Source: Diplonema japonicum
Lineage: Eukaryota > Protista > Euglenozoa: Diplonemea
Assembly (NCBI GenBank): GCA_964019335.1
Contig: OZ025728.1
Span: 124,001 to 188,000, forward strand
DNA length: 64,000 nucleotides
Direction: 5' to 3'
Position numbers and translations under genes: made by a program. Under the pieces are notes generated by a model. It made no database searches, was not told the origin of the DNA, and saw only the letters and a program-made list of their open reading frames with translations. Positions 13,732-26,600 of this stretch are shown one piece after another; within the stretch, counting starts at the first letter, position 1, and each line of letters starts with the position of its first letter.

Positions 13732-14624
13732 TCAGTCCCTGTTCTGCCGATCGAGAACACCTAATTATAATTTTTTTTTTTTTTTTTTTTTTTTGTTCTC
13801 CCCCCCCAAAGAAACACACCGTAAACAGATCTGCACGCTGCAATCTCCTTCAGAATGGGGATGAAGTCCAGTAGCACCCTGTCACCGGTGTCCCCAAACC
13901 ATGACGAGCAAGCCAGAGCATTCCCGGGCTGGAACAGGTACGCCACAGGCGAGTTGTCAATGATACAAACCTTGTGCAAGGGCCTACCAAGCAGGGACAA
14001 ATCTTTAATATATGCTCCATTGGAAAAAGTACAGTGTTGTCTGTACAAGCGATGGGTGGACCCTCCAAGGGCTTTACAAGGGTCAATGAAATCCAGTACC
14101 GAGGCAGCATATTTCTCAAGAGAAGCTGTAAATACCACCGTTTCGAAAACAGCCGTGGAAAAGCGGATGAATTCCTGCAGGAACGGCCTGGTTTTCACGT
14201 AAACCTTGTATGCTTTTTCATCGATTGTGACCTCTAGAATTTTGTCAGGGGTTTCCACTTCCTTGAACGAGGAGTGGACCAGTGTTTCGTCCAGGTCCAG
14301 GACTAAACAATGCTTGTTGTCCCTCTGTGTGTTCCCCAGCAGTGGGGTGTAGGACAACCCACCTGCAAAAACTGCTGGGGACTTGTTCCGTCTCAGCATA
14401 CGCCGGACTTCTTCCACGTCCATTTTGTCTTGGCCCTGCGTGACAGGAACATCGGGCTTCTCTGCTCCAGCCTTATTGCTGTTGAATCTGTTAAAGTAGC
14501 CAACTACCTGGCCCCACCCTGGAGCTTTTGAGTTGCATGAGCTGGTGTAGCCTCCTCTGTGTTCATAGGGCATATGAGTATAGAAAGTACCCCTTTGGTG
14601 TGGGACGGCTGCGAGGGTCGTCAT
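13732..14624 (-). CDS. CTD small phosphatase-like protein (NIF/FCP1/SCP family HAD phosphatase); exons 14624-13820 and 13760-13732
   Basis: LVLDLDETLVHS catalytic DxDxT motif, plus RPFLQEF, VFTAS..YA, LYRQHC, YIKDLSLLGR and IIDNSP. A 59-nt intron GTGTGT..A-run..TAG (13819-13761) restores the C-terminus SVYGVLDRQNRD*. Confidence 0.92.
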
Positions 14625-14923
14625 TAGAATTTTTTTTTTTTTTTTTTTTTCCCCTGGTTTTTTTTTTTTGAGGGGGACACAAATAAAAAAAAAAGAGAAG
14701 ATTTTTTTTTTGGGGCGGGGAAAAAAAAAAAAAAAAAAAAAAAAAAAACGTCACAGAATAAAAGAAAAAAAAAAAAAAGTGGGTGTACGAGGAAAGAATG
14801 GATAAAACAGAACAAGAAAAAAAAAAAAAAAAAACATGGGGGCCGGAAAAAGAAGAAAAAATATATTCAAAAAACACACACCTCCTACGCTTGGGAGAAA
14901 AAAAAAATAGAGCGAAAACACTT

Positions 14924-14962
<39 letters not shown>

Positions 14963-14977
14963 CACACGAGTACTTCT

Positions 14978-15010
<33 letters not shown>

Positions 15011-15050
15011 CAAATACTTCACACTTTTTTCTTTTTTTTTTTTTTAAATT

Positions 15051-15106
15051 TTACTGAATCTTAATGGCAACATGGTCAGTCTGGTTCGTCTTAGCACGGT
15101 TCAACA

Positions 15107-15141
<35 letters not shown>

Positions 15142-17218
15142 TAACCCATAACACTCCAAGGCGCAAATATTTGTCGTTTTGAAAAATCGTTTTTTTCTCA
15201 AAGTACTTTTTCGTCCCCACGACCCCTGGATCTCCAAGAACGACTATAGTGAGGAGTTATTTTCAACTGCATTTCATGCTGCGCTGCGTCACTATCCGGG
15301 GCAATTGGGGGCTGCGGGTCTACTGTCCTTTCAAGCGTAAAAGATATGGCATAAAAAGCTACTGCCTAAACTGCGCGAGCACGGGTTATCTTTTGCGTTT
15401 CACATCCACGCCACCAAAATCGAGGGGCACGCACTTGAAGATTTCAGTGTTGTGGAAAAAGCGGTGCTGGGGCTAACGGAGCCTTTCCGGGGAAATGACA
15501 ACACGGTAGTTTGCGATAGCTACTTTTCGACTGTGGGTCTGGCCGAAGCCCTGCTGTGAGGGGCTTGCATTTCGTTGGGTGTTGCGGACTCTTCTGGTGG
15601 GCCCTAGAAGTGACAATAGTTAACTGCCATGCACTTCAAATAAAATATGGTTCAGGGATGCCAAAGAGATACACAACCCTGGCTGCTTTAAAGAGCGCTT
15701 TCGAGAGAGCCTAATTGATGGGTCCAACGTTGCAAAAACACCACTCCCGGCACCCAACTAGTGGTGCACACACACCCGATACCCCAGATTACACCAAACG
15801 TGACCGCTAGCCACTCAAAGGGGGCACCTCCAGGGTCTGCAGATTGAAAGAATGCACAAAACGCACAATCTACAAAGGCTACACCTGAAACCAACACCTC
15901 TGTCCAAATAAGTGCTTTTTTCGTACCACTCTTCCATCACCCCAAAAAGGCCTCTTGACGATTTCGAGGCCGATATCCCACCCGCAAATAGGCACTTCTC
16001 TCGGTCTGAAACATCTGAGGGGTCCTGATGCTGCCTTTTTTGTCCCAGGATGCTCAATTTACACCCCCCCGTGCACAACCCATTTTGACATGGTCGTTTT
16101 TGAGCACCCTACGGCCATTCAACTCTTCATCCCTTTTGTATTTTTATTAATTTTTGAACTTTTTTTTTAATTTTCCTGGTCCAAAAAACCCGTTTTACCT
16201 GCAAACGGGGGTTAAATGCTGCCATTTTCCCCCTCAAATTATGAAAAGGAGCAAAAAAGGGACCCCTATGTAGATAGGCCCCAGAGTGTTATGGGTTAAT
16301 TTAAAAAAAAAAAAAAATCCCCTTCCAAACCTTCAACAAACTAGTATGCCTCGACCGCATACGAGAGTGAATATAAGCATGGCTGCAAGAGATGTGGTAA
16401 TGCACATAATTCCTGAACTGCAACAGGAGATCTGTAGTAGACTCCAGCACCTCGGGCTTGGTGTCGGTGTGCTTACGGAAAAGCGACAAAACCACCCACA
16501 CACGGTGTTCATCATCAGTCTCCGCACCCTTCACACCAGACAGAGCTGCCGGACGCTTGGTAAAATAATCGCAAGACGGAGCACCAGCTATGTTACGGTG
16601 ATGCTTCTTGGCATCCGCGAATTCTTTCAGAAAGAGCTTTCCGTAAAGCAAATCGTCTTCGGTCTCCAGCCACATAGAGTAAAAGACCGAAAGATTGTCT
16701 TTTGTACCAGCAATGTAGAGGGACTCGTTATCACGGTAAGAAATCTTGACAGGATCAAACAGCTCATCGTCGTTAGATTTCTCAAAGTGAAATTCGAAGA
16801 CAGCCATCATCGCTACCTTGTACAAAGACCCGTACTTCACACACAGATTTTCAAGCTTCTCGTTCTCGCTTTTTGTCAGCTCCTTGTCCCTCCATTTCCC
16901 GTCGTCGCTGTGCTTCACCACAACGTCAGGTTCTGATCCAAAAATCTGCGCTAGCTCCTCGTCAAGTTCATCAACTACGTTCTCTTCACCATAGTAGTTG
17001 TTTAACTGGTCCATGAGGCCCCACTTTACCAGCCTGCTTTTTTTGCATCGAAGGTACAGTGCGATGTATAACGTGCCGTTGCCGTCGTGTGCAAGGGTCC
17101 AAGTGGAACCATGAAAGTCCCCAAAGCTCATGAGAAGCTTATTCTTGGGAACCGGTGTGGTCAGGTAGGTTATCATGTTGTCCACCAACACGCGGTGCGA
17201 ACCTTCCAAAAGCTTCAT
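15051..17218 (-). CDS. ARPC2: Arp2/3 complex subunit 2 (p34-Arc); exons 17218-16331 and 15107-15051
   Basis: MKLLE start, FGDFHG, FLKEFADAKK, FRNYVHYHISCSHAYIHSRMR. The conserved C-terminal LLK|VLNRAK is restored by splicing GTTTGG (16330) to AAG (15108) across a piggyBac-containing intron. Confidence 0.93.
15145..16295 (+). mobile_element. Degenerate piggyBac transposon inside the ARPC2 intron
   Basis: TTAA|CCCATAACACTC...GAGTGTTATGGG|TTAA (12-bp TIR, TTAA TSD). Transposase remnants LRVYCPFKRKRYGIKSYCLNCASTGYLLRF and VLGLTEPFRGNDNTVVCDSYFSTVGLAEALL, with a frameshift and a stop. Confidence 0.9.
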
Positions 17219-17678
17219 TTTTTTTTTTTTGCCCCCCGCCCACTTTTTTTTTTTTTTTTTTTTTTTCAAAACTGGGGGAGAAAAAAAAAACAATGGGGGG
17301 GAGAAGGAGGGGAAAAAAAAATACAGGGGGAAAGTGGGGGGGAAAAAAAAATAAAAATAAAAAAGAAAGAAAAAAAATAAAACACTTCATATAAAAAAAA
17401 ACACCCCCGCCCTCCAAAAAAAATATAATCGCGGTAGTCTTGTGAGGGGAAGGGGGGGGGGGGGGGGGGGTGAAGGAGTATAAAAACAAAAACAAAAAAA
17501 AACAAAAAACAAGAAAAAAAGGAGTTAAAGAAAAGAATAAAAAAAAAGATGTCTTTTGAAGGGAACCTGCAGTATATGAAAGGGTCGCCTAATAAAAATC
17601 AAATTTACACTTAATATCCCCCCTTTTTTTTTTCTTTTTTTTTTTTCCCCTTTTTTTTTTTCTTCTTTTTTTTTGTTC

Positions 17679-17982
17679 CTAGAATGACGCCAACTGATCC
17701 CAGAACTTAACCTTGTCCTGTGAAAAAAAAAATAAAAAGTCTTTTTTTTTTCATACCTCTTTCAAAGACCAACCGCCTTCCTCAGCAGGCTTGTTCAAAC
17801 GAGCTCTCTTGCTGCAGCCCCTGTACCACACCGGCACCGTCTGCTCGTGTGAGAAGATAGTTTTGAAGGAAGAGCTAAACTTCTCCAAAAGGTTCTCCTC
17901 AGCCTCCCTCTGGGAGTCATTCTCTGAGACTCTCCATGCGTGCACGCCCTTTACATCATGATCTGGGTATCTCAGGTAAGAG

Positions 17983-18014
<32 letters not shown>

Positions 18015-18308
18015 CCTTCCCCTACCCCACAAACCTCTGTGAACGAAAAGTTGTCCCACTTGTGCTGCGCAAATTTCTTCTCAGCTGCCTCCTGGCTGTC
18101 TGCGGCGGTGGCACCGCATGCCTTGCACAAGGCAGTGATAAGTTCCATTTCGTGAATCTGGGAATTTATAAAAAAAAAAAAAAAAAAAAATAAAAAAAAA
18201 AAAATAAAAAAAAAAAAACCCTCCCTATATACCTTTGCCATCGCCGTCATTAGCCTGATGTGGCCCCTGTTCCACCACTCACCCTTGTACCTCTGCTCGG
18301 TCAGTTCC

Positions 18309-18346
<38 letters not shown>

Positions 18347-19799
18347 CAATCACACACCACGCAACCAATCTCGTCCTTCAACTGGCTCATCTGCGCCGCC
18401 AGAACAGAAATCCCGTGGTGCGGCACCCCGAACCCATCCTCAAGGTCCTGCTTCGGGAAGGTCAGCGCGAAGGCACCGTTATCAGTGTACCACTTGTCCT
18501 CACTGCCGAGAAAAAAAAAAAAAAATCTTTTTTTCAAAAAAAAAAAAAAAAATCCATACAACTGAGGATGATCATAAGGACGGCAGGCAGTAGTTGGGTC
18601 AGAAGGGTCAACGGACCTCAAGAACGTCTCGTAGGTAACAGCAAGAGGAGTCTGTGCTGCATTGGTCATAACTCCAGAAAAGGCAGCGGACCTCCAAGCG
18701 GCGTAGTGAGCAGGCGTGGAAACAAACTCATCCCACGTGTCATCTAAATCTTCCGGGTTCTCCGCAAAAGCAACAACTTCCTTGTTATAGTTGGGAATCC
18801 ACTGCTTGAACGACAGAAGCCAATAGTCAATGGCCGGTGCGTAATTAACGGCTTTCCAGTGCGCCTTGTACTTCTCAACCCAGTCGGCCCGTGCAGACGC
18901 GAAAATCAGCTGGTTCTCGTTCTTAACCTTCGCCATCCTCCTCTCGAACCTGTCCTCGGCCCACTCGTACTCTGGAAGCTCAAAATCGTTCGCCAGCATG
19001 TGAACCTCATTCTCTTTAAAGTACATAAGATACTCATATTCTGACATAGTCCGAGTTTTCTTCTCGTGTTCAATCAGCCTCCTCAACCTATGCCTGTTGT
19101 AAGGCCCCATCCTAGCAAGGTCTACCTTGTAGACCTGTTCACTGTTTTGAATAAGATGCGGGTCTGGAGGGCCTTGAGGGTTGTCATGAGGGTTCCAGGG
19201 GTCGGGGAGAGAGTACTCACCCCAATCTTTGTACTCAGGCGGCCTTGCGAACAAGTGAGACTCACCAGTAGGAAGATCGCCTTTAGGGTGGTAGTACCCC
19301 GTCAGTTCACCTTCGTCGTTGTAAATAGGACCCGGGAGAGCTGTAAACTCGGATTCACCGGTTGCGATGGCACGGGCTTTGTCTCGGGAAAGTTTTCTGG
19401 AATAGATGATCTCCCTGCTTTGCCATGCGTTTGCGGCGGCTTTCAGCATGACGGGGCCTTGGGAAGAGAAGTATTTGTTCAGGAGGTAAATATCAGATGT
19501 GAAGAGGTGGGACACCGAGTGTTGATAGTCTGACCTGCCCTGGTGGAGGAGCTTGTAGATTGCCCATGGTTCTTGCACATTCCGGTTTAGTTCAAAAGCC
19601 AGGCGTATTCTTTTCGCCATCGTCGACTTCGGCATCGAAAGAGAATAGTTGGACTTCACAACGGGAATGCTCTGCAGGCAGTCTCTGTACAAACCGAGAA
19701 CCTGCTTTTTTAAATCCATATGTTCGACGTGGTTGCCCTGCCATGAGAAATGCACACCGGGAGTCCAGTGCCTCGCCTGCCTTGAGAGCGACCCGCGAC

Positions 19800-19803
<4 letters not shown>
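17679..19803 (-). CDS. NDUFA6: LYR-motif complex I accessory subunit NDUFA6 (B14)-like protein with a long C-terminal extension; 5 short introns
   Basis: True ATG at 19803 after an A-run; VLGLYRDCLQSIP..IRLAFELNRNV is an LYR domain. Introns 18559-18503, 18357-18308, 18232-18158, 18034-17949 (acceptor uncertain) and 17756-17718 join coding-like exons to ..DKVKFWDQLASF*. Orthology to NDUFA6 rather than another LYRM protein is inferred from the motif. Confidence 0.7.
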
Positions 19804-19835
<32 letters not shown>

Positions 19836-19862
19836 GCCGCCCCGCTCCTCCTCCCTCACCGC

Positions 19863-19897
<35 letters not shown>

Positions 19898-20631
19898 GAA
19901 ATTGGGGGGGGGAATAAAAAAAAAAAAGAAAAAGAAAGAAAGAAAAAAAATAAAATAAAAATCCAACAACAACACTTTTTAAAAAAAAAATAAAAAAAAA
20001 ATTGTGAAAAAGAGAGAGGAGGGGGGATGGGGGGAGAGTTTGATGAACGACACAAAAAAAAAGAATTGTGGGAAGAGAGGGGGGGGGGGGGGAAGGGATT
20101 AACTAGGATGTGATGTTTCTTCTTGTTTTTTTTTTTTTTTTTTTTTTTTTTCCTTCTTCTTTCTTTCTTTCGTTCTTTTTTTTTTCCCCCTTCGTCTTGA
20201 AGTATGTTTGTCCCGGAAGAAGGGGAAAAAAAAAAAAAAAAAAAAAAAAGCAAGAAATACTGATCACGTTCTACTGCGCTACCCCCAGTCCCCTTCATTT
20301 CTTTTTCCTCCTTTTATTTCCCAGTCATCTTTTCCCCTCGGCAAACGGCTTACAACAAAAGTAGCTAACGCCCCAACCACGATACTCATTTTTTTATTTT
20401 ATTCATCAAAAGGGACCGAAAAAAGGCTGGAGGTGAGGGAAGAAAAAAAAAAAAACAAAACAGAAAGGAAAAAAAAAGAAAGGATCTTTTTTTTTTTTTT
20501 TATTGCAAAACAAAAACAAAAACAAAAAAAAAAAAAAGGTAACTAAACTTGCTTTGGTTAAAAATCGAAAACCAACGGCGAGCTAAAAGAAAATACTAAA
20601 AACTACTGAAAGGTTGCAGAGTTTGAGAAGC

Positions 20632-20665
<34 letters not shown>

Positions 20666-21015
20666 CCCGTTTTGGAAATAAGGGGCGAAGTAGAGGACTA
20701 AGAAATCGACTTGCGGAAAGAAAGAAAAAAAAAAAAAAAAAGAAAAAAAAAAGAAAACACAAAGGTTTTAATTTTTGTTTTGTGCACCAAGCCAGGGATT
20801 GTTAAAGTAATATCTTGCAAAAAGCTGTCAGGATATCCCCAACAATACCTGCCTCCATTTCTTGCTAGCGATAAAAAGGGTGCTGTGAATAAAAAAAAAA
20901 AAAAAAAAGGGTGTGGATATGGATTCAATTACTGAGTTACAGGGGTGGGGATTACCTTCTTTTTTTTTTTTTTTATATATATCAAATTGTAATACACAAA
21001 GAAGAAGAAGAAAAA

Positions 21016-21434
21016 TAGCTATTTATTAAATGAAAATCAGATGGCCTGATTTCACGCGCGGGGTCCCCTTATTACGAAAACGAGTCAAAAAGGAGAACCC
21101 ACGTGTGAAATCATGCTCTGAGTTTTATTCAATACTGCATTTTATTTAATGATGAGCTGCTCTGGCAAAGAATTTTGGTGCTGAGTGTGGCTTCGCTGCT
21201 GGCTGCGCTTGGAGCGGCACAATGCGAGTCGTTACTGAACTCGGTGATCGAGTGGTAGGTGCAAAACCTCTCCCACTCCTTTTCGTGGGCCTCTTTCTCG
21301 AGGCTGATGCCCTTGGCTCGCTTCCCGGTCGCCTTCGGTTTTCTGCCCATTTTAAAAAATGACTAAAGTGAAAACCTGATTTATTTCTTCTAGCCTAAAT
21401 TCTGTAAGAGAGCTGCTCAGAATTAAATAAAAAA
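21016..21434 (-). mobile_element. Helentron-like element, copy 2 (internally deleted)
   Basis: Same ends (TAGCTATTTATTAAATGAAAATCAG ... GAGAGCTGCTCAGAATTAAATAAA) and same ORF start as copy 1. Confidence 0.55.
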
Positions 21435-21435
21435 C

Positions 21436-21466
<31 letters not shown>

Positions 21467-22026
21467 CCCGGAGAAAGGACTTCATTAAAAAAAGAAAGAA
21501 AAAAAAAAGGAGAAAAAATTAAAAAAAAAAAGCTTTCTTTTTTTTTTTTTCACCGCAATTTTTTTTTTCTTCTTTTTTCGCTTCACATTTCTCCCCTGCC
21601 ATTCCTTCTTCACTCCCCAATTACGCCATGAGATCACAATAGACCAAAAATACAACCACTTCTTTTTTTTTCTTTTTTTTTTTTCTTTCATTTTACGACT
21701 AGAAAATCCCCCCCTCCCCCGTAAATACGGCGGCTACAGGGGCGGCCACAAGTTTTTCGATCCCGATTCGGTGATACTTTTCAGCAAAAAACCTTGACCC
21801 GCGATTATTTTTTTAAACTTTAAAAAAAATAGGAAGAAAAAAACCAATGAAATCGAGTAAAGGAAAAAAAAAAGAATCACCCTATCCCATGGCATTTTAA
21901 AATAAACAGTACTGTGCTCTACCGCCTAAGAAAAAAAAAAATGAGCAGGTTTTTTTTTTTTTTTTGTTTTTTTTTTTTTTTGTTTTTTTTTTTTCTTTTT
22001 CTCTCTTTTCGTCGAAATCGCTTCGG

Positions 22027-22057
<31 letters not shown>

Positions 22058-23567
22058 AGAAGAATGGGGGAAAACAATTTTTTTTTCTTCGTGACACAAG
22101 CGCTCAGTACGACCACCACAGTCAGGATCCAGTGGACCGCAGAGTTGAGTGGAACCTTAGAGTGAGTTTCTAACAAAAGGTCTGCCCAAAGTTTGCCTTA
22201 CTTCTTTGTCTTCTGTCCGAAACGAAAAATGACTCTTTTTTTTTTTCTTTCTTTTTGAAATTCCACAAAAACACAAAAACAAAAATCGAATAAGAATAAA
22301 CCTCAACAACCAAAGCACGAAGATGACATAACGTTCTGCATAGCCGTCCCATTGCTGGGGTGGGATAGGTAAAACGTGGCAGGACATGGGGGGAGTAGGG
22401 GAGGAAGAAGGAGGGAGTACAGTGATGTGGTGTGGGAGGTGGAATATAAAAAAAAAAAAAAAAAAGAGCAAAAGGAAAAAAACCCTCTCATTCTTTTTTT
22501 TTTCTTTTAAATAAGATTAAAGTATAGAATTCTTTTTTTTTTTTTGATTAAACTGAAAATTAATGTCTAGAGGAAAGGTTTACAAACACGAAAAAATATC
22601 CTTATGGTGGGGGGGGGGCAAGAAAAAACTAAACTCTTTTTCTCTCTTAGGAAAAAGCTTTTTTTCCCGGTTGGTTTTTTTTTTTTTTTTTTTTTTTCTT
22701 CTTTAAATCGAAAAAGTCCCGTAAACTTTCCTCGAAAAAAAAATTTTCGTTTTTTTTTTTCTTTTTTTTTTTTTTCCCGCAAATTACTGAAAGAACCGAC
22801 CGGTTTGGGAGCATGTCCTCTTCTTTTTTTCCCCCCCCTTCCCTGTAACGTAGTTGTCCGGGAGGGGGGAAAATGCACTCAGAGTGGCCTGTGACACACG
22901 GCCATTATATATATATAAATAAATAGAGGTCATCAGAATTCAAACAAATAAATTACAAACGATGAAAAGTAGGAGGAGGAGGGGGGGTGAGTGTGACAAT
23001 TAGCAATGTGGCATTAAAGAAATAGGAGGGGGGGGGGGGGGGTGAAATGAGGTAAGGGGTTAAGGGAACAGGGAGACAAGGTGGAGGGTGAGACTATCCT
23101 TTACCTCTCAATTTGTGTGTTTTTTTTTTTTTTTTGCCAAAACCAAAACCAAAACAAAAAAAAGCCTGCAGCTGAACATCTACAGACGAAAAAGACTGTT
23201 TCTTTTGAACAGAAAACCTTAGAAGACTTTGAAAAAAAAATAAGAAAAGTTCTTTTTTTTTTTAACTCTAAATAAAAAAAGAGGGCGGAGCACTGACTGA
23301 TATAATTCAGCATTCGAAGAAGAAGAAACTTTTCTTATTGTCATTTTTTTTTTTTTTTTTGGCCGTAAACTCTGCCCCTGTTTTTCTTTTTTTTTTTTTT
23401 TTTTTTTAAAACCCTTCCTTAGTACACTGCAATAGTGTCTTTTTTTCTCCCTTTTACTTTTTTTTTTTTTTTTCTTTTTTTTTTGGTTACCTCCCCTCCC
23501 CCCTCCCCAACTAGATAAGATCGCACGAAAAAAAAAAAAAAAAAAAAAAATAATAATAATAATTTGT

Positions 23568-23604
<37 letters not shown>

Positions 23605-23639
23605 GAAAAAGTGATTTTTTTTTTTCTTCCCCCTCCCTT

Positions 23640-26600
23640 TCAAAAGACAAAGGGATCCTTCAAAAGCTGATCCGCCGTGGCACGAGGGGCAGGGTCCCTC
23701 AATAGCGCACGCTTGATAAAACTGAAGGCTGCCTCCCCGACATATTCCTTCGGGGGCAGGGGGATCTCGCCCTCCTCACGGCATAGCCACCTCATGAAAG
23801 GCTGGTTCTCCTTAGGAACAGAAGTAGCATATTGAAAAGGCCTATCACCAAGAAGCATCTGAGTGACGGTTAGACCAAGCGACCATATATCCGACGCCTT
23901 TACAGTTTTCCCCCTGCACGCTTCAGGTGCCATAAATAACGGTGTCCCGGCTAAATCATTCCCAACTGCAACAGTGGAAAGTTTCGACGAGGTACCAAAG
24001 TCAGCGAGCTTACACTGCCCATCAGCGTGCATTAAAACATTTGCTGGTTTCAAATCGCGGTGAACAACATCCTGCCTGTGCAGGTAGGCAAGACCCGCCA
24101 AAATATCTTTTGTGTATCGTTTCGACGTTGTTTCTGGAATACTCCCAAACTGGTCCAGCAGCCCAGCCAAGGATCCCCCTGACACGAATTCCATCACTAT
24201 AATGATGTGCTTCTCATAGACCCCTGCGGATATGAATGAGACTAGAGAGTCTTCTCGAAATTGTGACAGAACATCGACCTCATTGATGATAGATGTTACG
24301 GAGTCGGTGGAGGGGCGGGACTTACGGAGTTTTGACCTTGGTGTTTCCTCGGGTGCGGGGGGGACCTTTAAACATTTCAACGCAACGAGCGAGCCGTCTT
24401 CACCCATTCCAAGCCACACCTCACCGAAAGCCCCCGCTCCGAGAAGTTTATCCGAACGTCTCCATTTTGAACCACCGGAATCGACAAACAATGACGGTGC
24501 CGGTAGGTCTAGACCGAATCCGTCAGAATCACTGTCATCACTTCCGTCGGAGTTCTTCCAAGGATCCGACTCGAGCGACGAATTCCTGCCGCCGTGACGT
24601 GATTTTTCAATTGCGTGCATGAGGTCCTCCGTGTGGGAGACCTTTGTTGTTTTCGAGGTTCTCGACAAACTGCTGACCTGCGAGGAGTTTCTCTTCCTCC
24701 TGCCCTTTTTGATCCCCGGGTTGCTCTGCGCGCTGACCATCGACGTTTCCAAGAAGCTGCCCGTCTTCTCGTCCCAGTCCTGCCACAACTTGACAGCTCT
24801 TCTACAATAAGGAATGGGCAGATGCTTTCTTTTTTGAACGGCGTCCGTTGCCAACGTGACGAGTCTTGTTGCTTGGGAATCCATGTCCTCTACGGGACTG
24901 TGCGTGAAAGGTGTTAATTTTTCAACTGCTTCGCTGTACTTTGAATCCGCAAACGCTGCAAACCCTTCTTTCCACGCGCTCATCATCGGGTTGCCCGCAC
25001 CAGCTAATTCGTACACAAGCTGCGACCTCCCATTCGGCTCCCATTGCACAACGTCGATAGGACGGGTTGTGATGTGGTCTTTGATGAGCTGTTGTTTAAT
25101 TTTTTTTTTTTTTTTTTTTTTTTTCCAACATACGTCGTGTACAGTCTCGGAGAGCAAAACGGGTGCTTCTAGCAGTTCGGACAGTTTGTTCAATTGGTTG
25201 GCTTGTTCCACGGCGGGGCCGAGGACGAACGGAGCTCTTCTCTTGTCGTTCCCAATGTGTCCAGAGTACAGCATACCGGACGTGATTGCCGCCGACCAGT
25301 CGATCATGGCATCCTTGTCCACAGAGTCCAAGGACTGGGAGATAGACACTGCAGCGTGGCTTGCTTCCAACGCGTGGCGGAGGCATGGACGGTGGGTGTT
25401 CCACGCAGCGAGAATTTTATCCGCGCGAAGATCGAGCACCACACCATTCTCGTTTCTTATAATGTCCAACATGACAGACACGAGTGACGCAGCCAGATTG
25501 TACGTCTCTGCAGGGTCTTCATCGACAACTTCACTGATGCCGAGCTCGATGGCTAGAAGCGAGCCTTTTTTGTGAGCCATTCTGGTTGAGATATTTTCGT
25601 TGGTGAACTCTTTGTCGGTCACGAAGAGGGACGATCTTCTTCTTGAAATAGGAGGGCCTCCTGTACTCGACCCGCCGAGACTGTCACCTAGCCTCGCTTC
25701 CTTAAATTCCTTGAATTTCATTGGGTCGCATAGCAAACCATCGCCTACAGCGGATGCACGTCGAATGGCTGCCATGGCGTTGGCGGCGCTCTTCCTTCTG
25801 CCGGTGTATGTGGGGGAGTTAGCTGGGATGGTCTGCCTTCTTGTTGAATTGAAGGAAACGTTTACAGGCGTATCAACGGCAACAAACGGAGGTTCGAAAA
25901 CCTGGTCGCTTGGTGTTGTAATCTGGAACTTGATACCGCAGTGGTTGGCCTTCGGCGGGCACGTGATGACTTGTACTTCTTTCTGGTTCTCGCTTTCGTC
26001 ACATTGAATGGGTTCTGTGTTGCCCGATTCAGATGTACTTTTGTCGCCTTCTGTTAGCATTGTCATTAATGTGTCGGGAAGGTAAGGTTTGCACGCTCGT
26101 AGGCTCGTCGTGAGTCTTAAAACAGATTCTTGAAGTTTTTTTATATCCTTGATGTGCGAGAGACGGCGGTTTTCTGTTAGAACAGTATCGACACCCATCC
26201 AGGACAAATTTTGAAGGTCAGTACAGATAACTTGCAACGACGGGGAGATTTCCCACAACACGGCCAGCAAGATCATGACCACGGAAAGAAACCCCGTGAC
26301 GAGCAGTAACAAGATCTTCAATGCTGTGGTGTGCGTTCTGCATGTAACCGACGCCACTGATCTGTTGTGTGCAATGTACAATTTGAAGTTATGGGGAAGA
26401 TCGAGATCCACTGATGATGAAGCTGTGAGCATGGTAGAGGCATCGTTAATACTGTAGGAAATCGAGTTTTCAGGGCCCGAAAAAGAACCGTGAACTATGT
26501 TTGAAACGGTGGTGTCGCATACGCCTGCTGTCACCCCGTTTAGCGTGAGTTTTATCGCAGAATCGGTGCAGTTGCCTGTAGAAATGGTACCGGTTGTGGT

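Noticed and set aside
19804-20298. 165-aa poly-K/poly-F N-terminal extension of the LYR protein (and the similar short one on ARPC2)
   Set aside because: This is translation of homopolymer-rich upstream DNA; the real starts are ATG 19803 and 17218.
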